Positions 51,824 to 64,000 of a stretch of 64,000 nt of DNA are shown here, piece by piece. This stretch comes from Paecilomyces variotii. Taxonomy: Eukaryota. Every line of letters starts with the position of its first letter. Positions within the stretch are counted from its first letter, which is position 1. The position numbers and the translations under genes are program-made. The notes under the pieces are model-generated. The model ran no database searches and was not told the DNA's origin. It saw only the letters and a program-made list of their open reading frames with translations. The stretch lies in assembly GCA_004022145.1 (NCBI GenBank), contig RCNU01000010.1. One strand, 5' to 3'.

Positions 51824-52877
51824 GATATTGGGTATTACTACAGATAATTCTTTGTCTGCATAATTCTTTTTCTTTGATTAGTCCATATAGTTAACTGGGA
51901 TATGCACCTCAGACATTTTAAAAGCTCAAACTTACAGTAAATTCCAGAAAAAAGAAAGTTCCTGTATGAAGACAAACAGTCGATTTCTATACTGAAAGAT
52001 CTGTTAGGTATATAATATGCCAGTAAGCTTCACAACCGATGGCGAGTGCGTGACCATGAGGTGGCTAGGCTTGAGCATCTAGTTAAGCACAGATCAAACC
52101 TGTTACTGTCAAGTGGGCATAAAATAAAATCAACGATGTCGATAAATTTAAATATGACTAGTACATGAACAGCATCATGATACATTATACCAAGATCCAC
52201 GGAGAAATCCACAGCTGTAGATAATATCAGGGTGAAGAAGGGTGAGGCAAGTGAAGAAGTAATTGTTCGGCGGTAGGAAGAAGACCCGCTCCGGCGGAGT
52301 GCCTCGCCCTTTCAGTTAGCCCCAAGCGCGACCATCAAAGTGGAAGGCGCCAGAGCTCCATCATCCGTCATATAATTTCACCCAACCTGCTAACCGCCGC
52401 AAATTCGCACCCTCACCCCCCCCATCCTTCTCTTTTCCCCTTTATTGCGGCTCTCTCTGATACCCTTTCCTTTCTTTTTTCTCTCTGTGCAACCAACTGT
52501 CAAAGCTCCAGGGTCACGACCTGCACCGTCTTCCCTGGTCTTTTGCAGTCTGCTTGTTCTGGCGGTCTCTGCAGCAGTGCTCAAGAGCCGCATCTCCTCG
52601 TGTTTGTCGGCTCCCAGTAGCCCTTTCCGCTGTCGACCATCGAGCGACCGAAGAAGTTCAGTCGCATCGTCAGCTACGCTATTCACGCTACCGTTTTCAA
52701 TATTTGCCACGAGCCGTTCTGGTTGGATTCATAGTCGAGGAAACCCCGAAACGTCATAACATACCTTGCGACTCTTTCACGGCTGGACGGACACCCAACC
52801 CCCCCCGCCTCCCGGGGTAAGACGACCAACTGGGAGTCCCATACTTCTCATGGTCTCCTACCTGACAGTTTAACACA

Positions 52878-55800
52878 ATGGGGAGAATTAAGAAGGTGGC
52901 CAGCCAGAAACACGAGGCTACGATCGTGAGTGATGAGGACCCCGCTTTGACAACCAGCAGTTCTGTGCTGACCTTTGTTTTTCTCTGCAGTCACCGTTTC
53001 TGACGGATTTTATTGCGCAATGTATCAAAATTTCTATTGCAGAGCTCCCCCGACATCTCTCTGCTTTCCCTCGAACATGGCCTTTCCCACGAGGGGACCT
53101 TTATCATTGGATCGGTGTTCTGAATCACTTCGACGAGATATTGGCATCTGTGATCGAGAAGTATGAACTCAACGCGGGGCCACAGACCAAACCTTTCAGT
53201 CGTCTAGTGCTAGCAGATTCATATACGAGTGGCGGTCAGGTGAGCGCCGAGGAAGTTGATGCCCGACTCGACGCTCTGGGCTATGGTCCTGAAGGTGATA
53301 GGGAGCTGGTCGAGTCCATCTTGGATTTCTCCAGGCTCCTCCAAGACAAGTGTGGCAACCGTAGCCTGTACAGCAGTAGTGACCGTCTGGGCGATCTCCT
53401 CAACACCACATCGCTGTCTCTTCTGCAGTCGACTCTAAGGCTGGCTCTCGCCCTGGCCCAAAGGTACCATTCCCGGCAACGGACGAGTAGTACGCATATA
53501 CAGCAGAGTCTGTTGGCAACACACTACAACATAGATCTGGAAAAGCTCCAGAGACTCGCCGTGCCGTTTCCGCGGCCCTTTGTGACTGCTAAAGCATCTG
53601 TTGCTACCTCTCCTGCTGTCTTGGTGAAGGGTAAGGAGAAGGCGGTTCAGACCACCCACGACGCCAATGACTTGGTCTCCTTGACGCGGGAGAACGAGGG
53701 ATGGGAGGAATGGGGTGTTGTCCGTGTCTTGTATTACCCTCCTGGTACTGTCGATCCAGCAAAGAGTACCGCAGAAAGCGCAAACGCGGAACGACAGCCA
53801 CAGGTACCGACAACCCCGACCCCATTGCGAAGAAGCAACACCCATCCTACGCCACGTTTGAGCCGTATGTCGACGACTGAGGAATCGCCTTCTGCCTCTG
53901 TCAACAGCCCTGGGAAACCTGACGAGCCGTTGCGAGGCGGCAAGGTCTTAGAGATTCCTTCCTCAAAAGTGTCTTCATCGAAAGCTGAAGACCTCGTCGC
54001 CACCGGGCTGAAGGAAGTACCAAACGAGGCAAAATACGATTTCCTCCAGAAGGTCAGGGTAGCTCAGGCGCTGGCTGCATCTCCGTCGACCCGGCAGCAG
54101 ATCCTTGCGATCAGGATTCTGGCAATCACTAATCTTGCGTACGTTTACCCCGAAGCCGTCTTCCAGCAGAAGATCCTGCAGAATGATTCAGATCTGCCGA
54201 AGCGTCTCCAGCTTGCCCAGCAATTGGCGGAGCTTGCCCACCTTGGTGCGAGCGGTGATATTTCTGCTTCCAAGTCTTTGCAAACATTCGCTCTCAATGC
54301 ACTTGACGCTTTAGCGAAACACAAAGCTAGAGCAGTTGAGGTTTGTGCAGCCTTGAATGTCAATGTCAACCACGGCATTCTCATGTTTTTGACACGGAAA
54401 GCTATCAACGATCTGGGATCCGATGCGGCCGAGGCGGATGACGCTGCAAACGATGAATGGCGTGATGCATTATTTGCACTTCTGCGGACGTTGCCTGGTT
54501 CAAGTACTCGAACCCCTGAGACATTGGTCGCTGCGGGATTGATTCCTATGTTCGTCGACATTCTCAACCTGCAAACGGAGAAAGCTCGGAGACTCTATCC
54601 CCGTGTTATGGAATTCCTCGACACCTTTGTTCATGCTGTACGGGACGCATTCTCAACTCTGGCAAGCGCCAAAGGATTCGATGCTATTTCTGATCTTATT
54701 GCGCACGAAACGACGTCATCTTTTGAGAATGTCTCGAAGGGCTCGGGGCTCCCTCCCCAGTACAAGACGCCCTCAATTGATTATCAGATCCCTTATTTCC
54801 AACAGCAAGCTCTTAGGTGGTTGTTTAGGTTCGTCAACCACATCATGCAGCACAATGGCGGCGGTTTCGACCGTGTGCTTCGGAATCTGATTGACTCTCC
54901 GCCCTTGCTGAAGGCACTGCGTCTGGTGTTTGAGAACCCTAGGATCTTTGGTTCCCATGTATGGAGTGGAGCTGTCAACATTTTGAGCAGTTTCATTCAC
55001 AATGAACCGACCAGCTATGCGGTCATTGCGGAAGCCGGTCTGAGCAAGAGCTTCCTTGAGACTGTGATGCTGCGAGAAATCACAACTCCCGAGAACCCTG
55101 AACCCTCTCCAGAGGAGGAAGCTGAACCTTCGCCGGACCAGGAAGCCGGTGTAGTCTCTGCCGCGGCGCCGAGCGCTGAACCCAAAATACGTGAGTACAG
55201 TATCGTTAGGCCAAGGGACAGTCAGTTAGCCAGAGGGATTCTTCCCGCCGCAGAGTCAATTTCATGTATTCCTCAGGCCTTTGGCGCTATTTGTCTGAAT
55301 GCCACGGGGCTTCGGCTCTTCCAGGCATCAGAGGCTCTGGACAGTTACTTCGAAATCTTCGAGTCTCCTGAACATGTCAAATGCATGAAAGACGATGCAA
55401 ACTTAGTTCGCTCTCTGGGAACGACGTTTGACGAATTGGTTCGACACCATCCTGCTCTTAAACAGTCTGTGATGACTGCTGTCATTGTGATGGTCGCCCG
55501 TGTTGGCCTCCTTTGCAAAAGCAAAGCCTGGGAGCATGGAGCTGGTGCTCGACTCTGGACCGAAGACAAGGAAGGAACACGTTCTATCTCCGGAGGACCT
55601 TCATCTTTGCTCGGCGAGATTGGCTGCCCTATTGATAAGACATCTGGCCCTCAGCATATTAGTGTTCCGGAGCTTGACGCAGTGACGCTCCCCAACGGTA
55701 GTAAACTCCTCCCTGGTGATCCTAACCAGCTCGGTCTATCCGAGAGCGGACCGTCGGATCCCAAAGACGAGGACAGCCACGGGCTTACAGTTGCGAACTA

Positions 55801-58800
55801 TCTCTACCCTGTCCTTCGGTTCCTGGGTGCATTCTTCGAGAATCAAGCCAACTGTACCTATTTCATTGAATCAGGCGGAGTCGAGTTTGTGTTAGACTTT
55901 GCTACTCTACAGAGCCTTCCGTTTGATTTCCATAGTAGCGAGGCTAGTCATGAACTGACTCAGCTAATTCACATGATGGCTGAAACTAAGCCGCATCTCG
56001 TGCTACCGTCTCTAGTTAACCGTGCCCAAAAGGCCGTGGACAGCGTTGCTGGCTTCTGGATGGAATCGAAGCCTGCCGGATTCTTCTCTACATTGGCAAA
56101 GCCGACCAAAGATGGCGAAACCTCGACAGACGCTGACGAGAGCGCACAATTTGCAAACGCCCATGGTACTTATTTCGCAAAGCATCTCGTTGCAGTACAT
56201 ATACTCACAGACATCCTTCGCGAGGCCTATACGCCGCCGATGTACCAAACACGCCCTAGTCAACAAACGTCGGCCTTTATTCATGTCAATCTGGCGGACC
56301 GGTATTCTGCCCTTGTAACTGCTCTCGGGCGGTTACACGGCGCTTGTGTGTGGGAGGAGATAGTGCTCCAGAAAAACATTCCGGATACTTGGAATGAAGC
56401 CACCAAAACTGGTGGGTATCGGGCTGGTAACGAGGAATCGGGCGAAAATGCTGGATTGCTCACTGCGGACGAAACATCTAATCCCTCTGAAGCTGGGAGG
56501 GGAAATGCTGGGCTTTCTGCTGGTGGTGATACCACCCAAGAAGCCAGTGGCGCTGGTTCTGCTCCCGAAGCCGCACATAACAAAATCCCCGAAGAAAGCG
56601 CTGCATTCAAGAATGCTCAGACCCTCCGCTATCTACTAAGCTCCGTTCCTTCTTCTATCACTGGATTCTTCCATCTGCTTGGTCACGGGCTTATTGGAAA
56701 GCGTCGTATGGATGCCTATCAAAAACAGAATGCATCCATGGTAGCTGAGGCCATTGCATCTGCAGTTCTTCGGCAACTGCAACTTGGCACACCTAACAGG
56801 ACTTCTTCTATAAAGGATCGCTTTTCCTACCTCATTGTTATCCTGTCGTCCTTCTCGCAGTTGCTTTTCGAGACTACCGGCGAACGTTCTCACTCCCATT
56901 GCTTGACCTTAATTCTCTTTGCCTTTAAGAGACAGAATGGCTTGAAGGTGATGAAAGGTCTGTGCGATATTTTCCTGCGGGAGATCAAGACTCTAGTTCG
57001 CAAAGACGGAACATATGAAGACCAGGACGTGTCTGCACGACTAGCTTCGGCGTACGGAGGGATTAAGATCATTCTAACTTTCTTCTCGGAAATAACGTCA
57101 GCTCGGTACATCATGGATTCGACACAGACGCAAGCTATGACTAGTAATGAGAGGGAGCGGGATCGTCCTGATTTTTTCCAGCCTTCGCAGTTCTTGGTAG
57201 ATCTCCGAATGGAAGTTCTGCCTATGGTCCGGGAGATGTGGAGCTCTGACTTTGTTGACCAAGCATCCAGCTCTATTGTCAAATGCCTGGTTGACATTTT
57301 ACGCTCTACTCTTGATGGCGATTACGAGACTGGAGCTGCCCGACGCTCAGAAACACAGCCCATTTTAGTCGAGGCGCCTAAGAAGACGTTCTCCATCAAC
57401 AGAGAGCGCATGACAGTGCTACGTGAGAAGGGTTTCGAGAAGGAACTCGTTAAGGAAGCACTGTACCGATGTAACAATTCTTCATCTACGGCTGAAGAAT
57501 ACTGTAAATCGCGAAACTGGCTCAGGGCACCGCCCAGACTCCCGCCACCGTCAAACGATGTCGAGACTCGGTCCAGTCCAGCGGGCGAGGCTTCTGAAGA
57601 TGCCGCTGTTGGTGATGCCCCGCCATTCAGCAGTGGACTCCTCGAGAGATCCACCCTTGCTATGCTTCTAGCACAGGCTACCGGACGAACTGCTGAGGAA
57701 GGGGATGATGCACATGGCCAAACCGGCGGTCCAGGAAGAGAGATTGGGAACGGCACAGAGTTCTTGGCAAGAGCCCTTAACCATATCCTCAATGACCATG
57801 AAGACCTGGCGGGCGAGGAAGATGGCCGGCCGTCCAACCAGAATCAGGGAAACAATCCATCTGAACGTGCCGAGCAGACAGGAGATCACCCGGTCAGGCG
57901 GCGCGAGGTCACGACTATTGAAGACCTGGATGTGGAGCGGGACAAGATCCGATCGAACCTGATTGAACGCTGCTTGGATGTGCTTAACGTTCATCACGAT
58001 GTGACATTCGAACTCGCAGACCTGATTGCAGCTGCGACCAAAAAGCATCGCGATCCTGAAGGTTTCCGCAAGGAAGTTGGAGAGACCCTAGTTCAGTCCT
58101 TGGTGTCATTGCAGACGGAGGAAGATATTCGGCCTTCTGGCAAGAAGATCGCTGCCTATGCTAATCTCCTTGCATTGGTGCTTCAGGACAAAGACATATA
58201 CTCTGCGACATTGGGAGACATCAAGGACTATTTCGGAACCTTGCTTGGATTTATTCGGATTCCGCCCTCGGATAAGATGACAGAGGAGGCGAGTCCGTGG
58301 GTAGGCCAAGTGTTGCTCATCATCGAAAAGTTGCTATCTGATGATGCTCAGCCGCCTGTGATCCGTTGGAACCCCCCGAGTTTCGATGATCCCACTGCAA
58401 GCGAGGAACCTGCGCAGCTGGAAGAACCCCTGATCTCCCTCGAGGAGAAGATGGACCTCTTCGGAGCTCTTGTCGATATACTACCCCGCATCGGAAAAGA
58501 CGATGCTCTTGCGCTATCTGTGTGCCGTATTTTTGTCATCCTCACACGGAACCGCAAAATTGCCGAGAAACTGGGGGAGAAGCGGAACCTGCAGCGTCTG
58601 TTCGTGATGGTGAAGCAACTTTCCAGTTCCACCAACGAGAAGTTGCAAAGCGCCTTCATGTTAATTCTTAGGCACATCATCGAGGATGACGACACTGTTC
58701 GCCAGATCATGAGGAGTGAGATAGTTGCCAACTTCGAATCTAGAGCCTCACGACAGACTGATACGACTGGCTATGTTCGACAAATGTACCACCTCGTCCT

Positions 58801-61800
58801 GAGAAACCCAGAACTATTCGTGGAGATTACGAACGAGAAGCTTAAACTTCAGCGCTATGACTCTCATCAACGCCCACAGATCCTTGCTCTGAAGTCCGAC
58901 AAGACTGACAGTCCTCTCGGTCCCTCTGCGGTTTCGACTGGAAACGAAGGCGAAAATGTTGATAAGGATATGGAAAACATTGAAGCAAGTGGTGCGCTTC
59001 CTTCTACTGAAATTCCAGCAATGGAAACAAAGGACAAAGGAAAGGCCGCGGAACTCAGGGCACCAGTGGTGGAAAAGCCGGATGGTGTTATCCATTACTT
59101 ACTCTCGGAACTACTATCATATAAAGATGTTGACGATAAGGAGCCGCCAAACGCCGAGGCCTCAGAACCATCAGGCCCTGAGCGATCTGACCCTCAAGCT
59201 GACGTCGAGATGTCTGGAGGAGAAGCGTCGCCGTCATCTTCCAGTGCAGATCTACCAGCAACACGGGATCAGAAGAAGACAGAAAAGCCAGTCTTCAAGG
59301 CTGATGATCACCCAATCTACATTTATCGCTGCTTCCTTCTACAGTGTCTAACTGAGCTCTTGTCATCGTATAACCGCACAAAAGTCGAGTTCATCAACTT
59401 CTCTCGCAAGGCTGATCCCCTGGCAACAACGCCATCGAAACCACGGTCTGGTGTCCTCAACTACCTACTGAATGCCCTGGTCCCTCTTGGCACCCTTGAA
59501 CATGATGAATCGGTTGCCTTCAAGAAGAGAAGCAACACCTCTGCTTGGACTATGCGGGTAATCGTCGCCCTTTGCACGCGGACCGGCGAGTTTGGCGCGA
59601 TAAACCCTAGACGACGCAACACTCAGGAAGAGGAAGATGAGCCTGATTTGGCATTTGTTCGAAGATTCGTCCTAGAACATGCTCTGAAGTCGTACAGAGA
59701 TGCAAATTCTTCCACCGAACCTCTTGAGGTCAAATATTCTCGGCTCATGTGCCTTGCTGATCTCTTCGACAAGATGCTTAGTGGCTACTCGTTTGCTGGT
59801 GGTGACACTGCCTACCCATCTTCCACGAGGCAACTTGCCAAGACGATGTTTGAGAAGCATTTCATCTCTGCCCTTACAGCTTCTATAGCAGATATAGATC
59901 TCAATTTCCCTGCGTCGAAGAGGGTGATCAAGTACATACTCCGCCCCTTGAATAAACTCACGCAAACTGCCGTCATCTTGAGCGAGAACTCGGACCTCTC
60001 GACTCTAGGAGAGACCGAGGAAGACGAGATTTCATCAGCCACTTCTGTCTCCGATATGGATGATGATCGCGAGGAGACTCCTGACCTCTTCCGTCACTCT
60101 ACTCTAGGTATGCTAGAGCCTAGCCACGAGGAAGAGACAAGTGAGGAAGAAACGGAAGAGGACGAGGATGAAATGTACGATGATGAGTACGGTGAAGAAA
60201 TGGATTATGATGAGGACCTGCCGGAAGATGATGGCGAGGTTGTCAGTGACGAGGATGAGGAGCTAGAAGGCGCTGGTCCCATTGAAGGTCTCCCGGGTGA
60301 TTCCGGCATGGACATCGAAGTTCTCATCGACGAAGACGAAGATGATGAGGATGAGGATGATGATGATGAAGACGAAGATGACGAAGAGGACGATATGGAG
60401 GACGATGAAATCATGGCTGGAGAAATCACGGGTGACCATGACAACGATAGCCTCGAGGAAGGAGACGAGGATGAATGGGAGAGCGAAGACATGTCCGAAG
60501 AGGATGAGGAAGCTGAGATGCTGAACCAGTTCGAGAACGAGCTACAAGATATCAGACAGGCAGACCAGCGTGGCGATAGTCACAGATTTGATGATCTTTT
60601 CCGTGTCCTTAATGAAGCCGCTGGAGGCGTTGAAGACTTCCATCACGGAGACAGTCTTGCTGGAGATATGCAAGATGATTTGATGGATGATGAAGTGAAC
60701 GAAGACGAGGGTAAGTCCCTTTCATTGTTTAGCGTGGACCAGTCTCTAACTGCTCTTAGATGATGAAGAGATCGATGAGTTAGAGGAAGAGCTCGATGAG
60801 CTGGATGAAGACCAAGGGTCGTACCAGGGATACGATGGTAAGAGTGGCCCAAAATCATGCCATGGCTTTCCTTATATTGACCATCAGAAGATGAAGACAT
60901 AGAACCTTGGGGATGGGACGGCGATGAGCCTCTCCCTCGCCATCATCACCATCATCGATTCCGTAGCGTTCCACCCCCATGGACTGCCCTGCCTGGTACA
61001 GGTGCAAACCGTCATGGAATAATCCCAATCCCTCCCTACCGTTCCCAGCGTACCCAGATACCGGCACGTTCAAACGATGACGGGACCAATCCCTTGCTCA
61101 TCCGTAGCGACCGTGGTCCTGAGACTCCTGGACCTAATCGTGGGCCCGGCAGTGAAGCGTTCACTGACTGGGTGCATAGTATGGACCCGACTTCTACCGG
61201 GCGTCTGCTATCTGTCGATAGCCCAGTCAGTTTCATGAATGCTATTATGCAGGCAATCGGCGGGCAAGGAGGTCCAGGTTTTGGAGTGATCACCCGCCCT
61301 GAGGCAATTCACGTTCACGTCGACCGGCGAACTATTTTGCCAAACCGCATTCAAGATATTTTCGGTCTAGGCAGGCCTCAAGTGGTCTCTGCTCGTTCCC
61401 GTGACGATCCATCACAAGCGGTCGCTTTCTCACTGGCGACAACGACAACCCGTTGGCAAGAAGAAGCGCGTCTGCTGTTCAGCAGTGCTTATGTTGAAAA
61501 GACGCAGCGGGTGGTAAACTCTATCCTGCGCGTTCTGGTCCCCCCTGCTATAGAGGAGGAGAAGAAGCGACAGAAACAGTTGGAGGAAGAGCGGAAACGC
61601 CGAGAAGAGGAGAGGGCTGAGCGCGAACGTCAAGAGCGGATTGCCAGGGAAGAAGAGGAGAAGGAAAGGAGGCGCAAAGAAGAGGAAGAAGCGGCCAGAC
61701 AACAGCAGGAGCTTGAGGAGGAAGCACAACGCAGAGCCGCCGCTGGAGAGGTTGAGCCGATGGATGATGTTCGAAGCACCGAGCCTCATGCTGAGGAGGA

Positions 61801-64000
61801 AGCCCCACCAGCTGAAACTGGACCATCTGAGCCTACTCACCGTGTTCATACTACTATCCGCGGCCGCCAGCTGGATATCACAGGCATGGAAATCGACCCC
61901 GAATATCTGGAGGCACTACCAGAAGAGCTCAGAGAGGAGGTAATCATGCAGCAACTCGCGGAGCAACGCTCTCAAGCGGCTGCATCTGGAGAGGAGCCTT
62001 CCGAGATCAATCAAGAGTTCCTCGAGGCTTTACCTGCTGAGATCCGAGAAGAATTACTGCAGCAGGAAGCGGCAGACCGTCGCCGCCGCGAACGCGAGAA
62101 CGCCCGGAGACAAGCCGCAGCGTCGGGCGCCCCTGTCCACGCTGAAGAGATGGATGCCGCTAGTTTTATAGCAACACTGGACCCGTCGTTGCGACAAGCA
62201 GTTCTTGCAGATCAACCCGATGATGTTCTAGCGTCATTGGGGCCCGAATTCCTCACAGAAGCTCGTGCTCTCACTGGTCGAAGACTGAACCAGTTCGGAG
62301 ATAGTGCAAGAATTGACCGCCAAAGAGAGGAAGCAGTCCAAGACCAAGAAGCGAAGAAGCCTCAGCGGCGCCAAATCGTCCAAATGCTTGACAAAGCTGG
62401 TGTCGCGACGCTTCTTCGTCTCATGTTTATGCCCCTCCAAGGAAATGCTCGTCACCAGCTTAACGACATCCTCCATAATGTCTGCGAAAACCGTCAAAAC
62501 AGAATCGAGGTCATTAGTCTTCTGCTTTCGATTCTCCAAGACGGAAGCACAGATGTCAGCGCCGTGGAACGCAGTTTCGCCCAGTTGTCACTTCGTGCAA
62601 AGACCCCCGCAGCGCAGAAGACACCTCAGCCTGTCAAGAGAACATTGTCCTTCCAGACCACGGCCAGTGCTAACAATGAGGTAACGCCGCTGATGGTGGT
62701 GCAGCAATGTCTCGGCGCCCTTTCTTTCTTGACCCAGTTCAATGCACACATTGCATGGTTCTTTTTGACCGAGCACGAATCTGCTTCTGCGCTGAAGCTG
62801 AAATCTTTCCGTAAGGGGAAGGGCAAGGAGAATCGTGCAAACAGATTTGCTTTGAATACTTTGCTCTCCTTGCTGGACCGCAAGCTGATAATGGAGAGTC
62901 CGACGTGCATGGAGCAGCTTTCTGGTCTCTTGAGCAGCATCACTCAGCCACTCACACTCCTGCTCCGCCGCGAAAAGGAGAAACAAGAAGAAGCAAAGGG
63001 TAAGGAGCCAGAAGCTGCTGCCGGACAAGAGGAAGAGAAGCGCCCTTCGATCGAGGGCGGTGCCGCGGATACCACCATGACAGAAGCTGCTCCCCTGGAG
63101 GCAGCAAAGCCTGCCGAGGATGAAAAGCCAAAGAGACGGACAATTGAACCCCCCGTCGTACCAGAGACCAACCTCAACAAGGTCGTTCATATCCTTGCAG
63201 CACGTGAATGCAACGGAAAGACGTTCAGAGAAACCCTCTCAACCATAAACAATTTATCCGCCATCCCAGGCGCTAAAGACGTGATTGGCAAGGAGTTGAT
63301 CAGTCAGGCTCAGGCTCTCAGCATGACAATACAGTCTGATCTTGACGAACTTTTGCAGCATATCCATCAGGCTAACTCAGGTACTGAAATGCAAGGCTTG
63401 GCGCTTTCCAAGTTCTCGCCGCCGAGCTCGGATCAGACCAAACTGCTCCGTGTTCTCACTGCTTTGGACTACTTGTTCGATCCGAATAGAGTAGACAGGA
63501 CAAAGGGTGCCGAGCCTGAATCCGCGGCCAAAGAAGACATTCTGAAGACATTGTACGAAAGCTCAGCCTTCGGTCCTCTCTGGGCTAAGTTGAGTGACTG
63601 CTTGACTGTCATCCGCCAGAAGGAGAATATGCTGAACGTGGCGACTATACTCCTTCCTCTCATTGAATCTCTCATGGTTGTATGCAAGAATACCACCCTG
63701 AAGGATGCGCCCATCTCAAGATACGTCAGGGAGCATTCCGTGTCCAGCCCTCCGCCAGAGACTGGATCCGCCATGGAAAACTTGTTCTTCAGGTTCACGG
63801 AAGAACATCGTAAAATCCTGAATGAGCTTGTTCGTCAGAACCCTCGTCTCATGAGCGGCACATTCTCTCTGCTCGTCAAGAATCCGAAAGTCTTGGAGTT
63901 TGACAATAAACGCAATTACTTCACTCGCCGCATCCACTCTCGCGGCACGGAAACACGACACCCTCATCCTCCTCTTCAGCTTTCTGTTCGCAGAGATCAG
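52878..64000 (+). CDS. TOM1: HECT E3 ubiquitin ligase Tom1/HUWE1; HECT domain lies beyond the right edge
   Basis: ATG 52878; introns 52926-52990, 60711-60759, 60838-60887. N-terminal PRGDLYHWIGVLNHFD and CGNRSLYSS, HNEPTSYAVIAEAGL, long acidic region, UBM-like repeats (IDPEYLEALPEELREEV), pre-HECT FRFTEEHRKILNELVRQNP...LEFDNKRNYF. Confidence 0.96.

Noticed and set aside
52850..52873. Short uORF before TOM1
   Set aside because: Its ATG lies within a probable 5' UTR intron (GTAAGA ~52816..CAG 52868).
60000..60830. Highly repetitive GAT/GAG-rich tract
   Set aside because: Encodes the normal acidic low-complexity region of Tom1/HUWE1; not a repeat array.

Overview
Gene-dense, intron-containing fungal chromosome arm. 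Short GT-AG introns with RCTRAY branch points and protein sequences close to Aspergillus point to a Eurotiales mould; the genus cannot be fixed from sequence alone. About 22 protein-coding genes, mostly conserved housekeeping: BDF1 (cut by the left edge), UTP5, an AMA1-like APC/C activator, BET4, a Gyp5-like TBC RabGAP, a Dabb protein, a stand-alone HPPD, CTF8, a hypothetical protein, CNL2/NKP2, EAF3, ARMH3/DUF1741, ISA1, DSC3, VTI1, a divergent COG2907-type flavoprotein, RVB1, mitochondrial bL28, MNN11, TSC13, ppoA (linoleate diol synthase) and TOM1/HUWE1 (cut by the right edge). I found no rRNA, tRNA, intact transposon, CRISPR array or secondary-metabolite backbone gene, and I cannot claim a clear new multi-gene system. 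The most unusual signals are four sharp C/A-to-G/T strand-skew inversions (possible replication-origin or repair footprints), a candidate 7-nt poison micro-exon in the EAF3 chromodomain intron, a COG2907/UfaD-like flavoprotein that has lost family-conserved histidines, a uORF in a spliced ppoA leader, and a CCAAT/HapX-type site upstream of ISA1. Exon boundaries and compositional claims were read by eye, and family assignments rest on recalled motifs rather than database searches.
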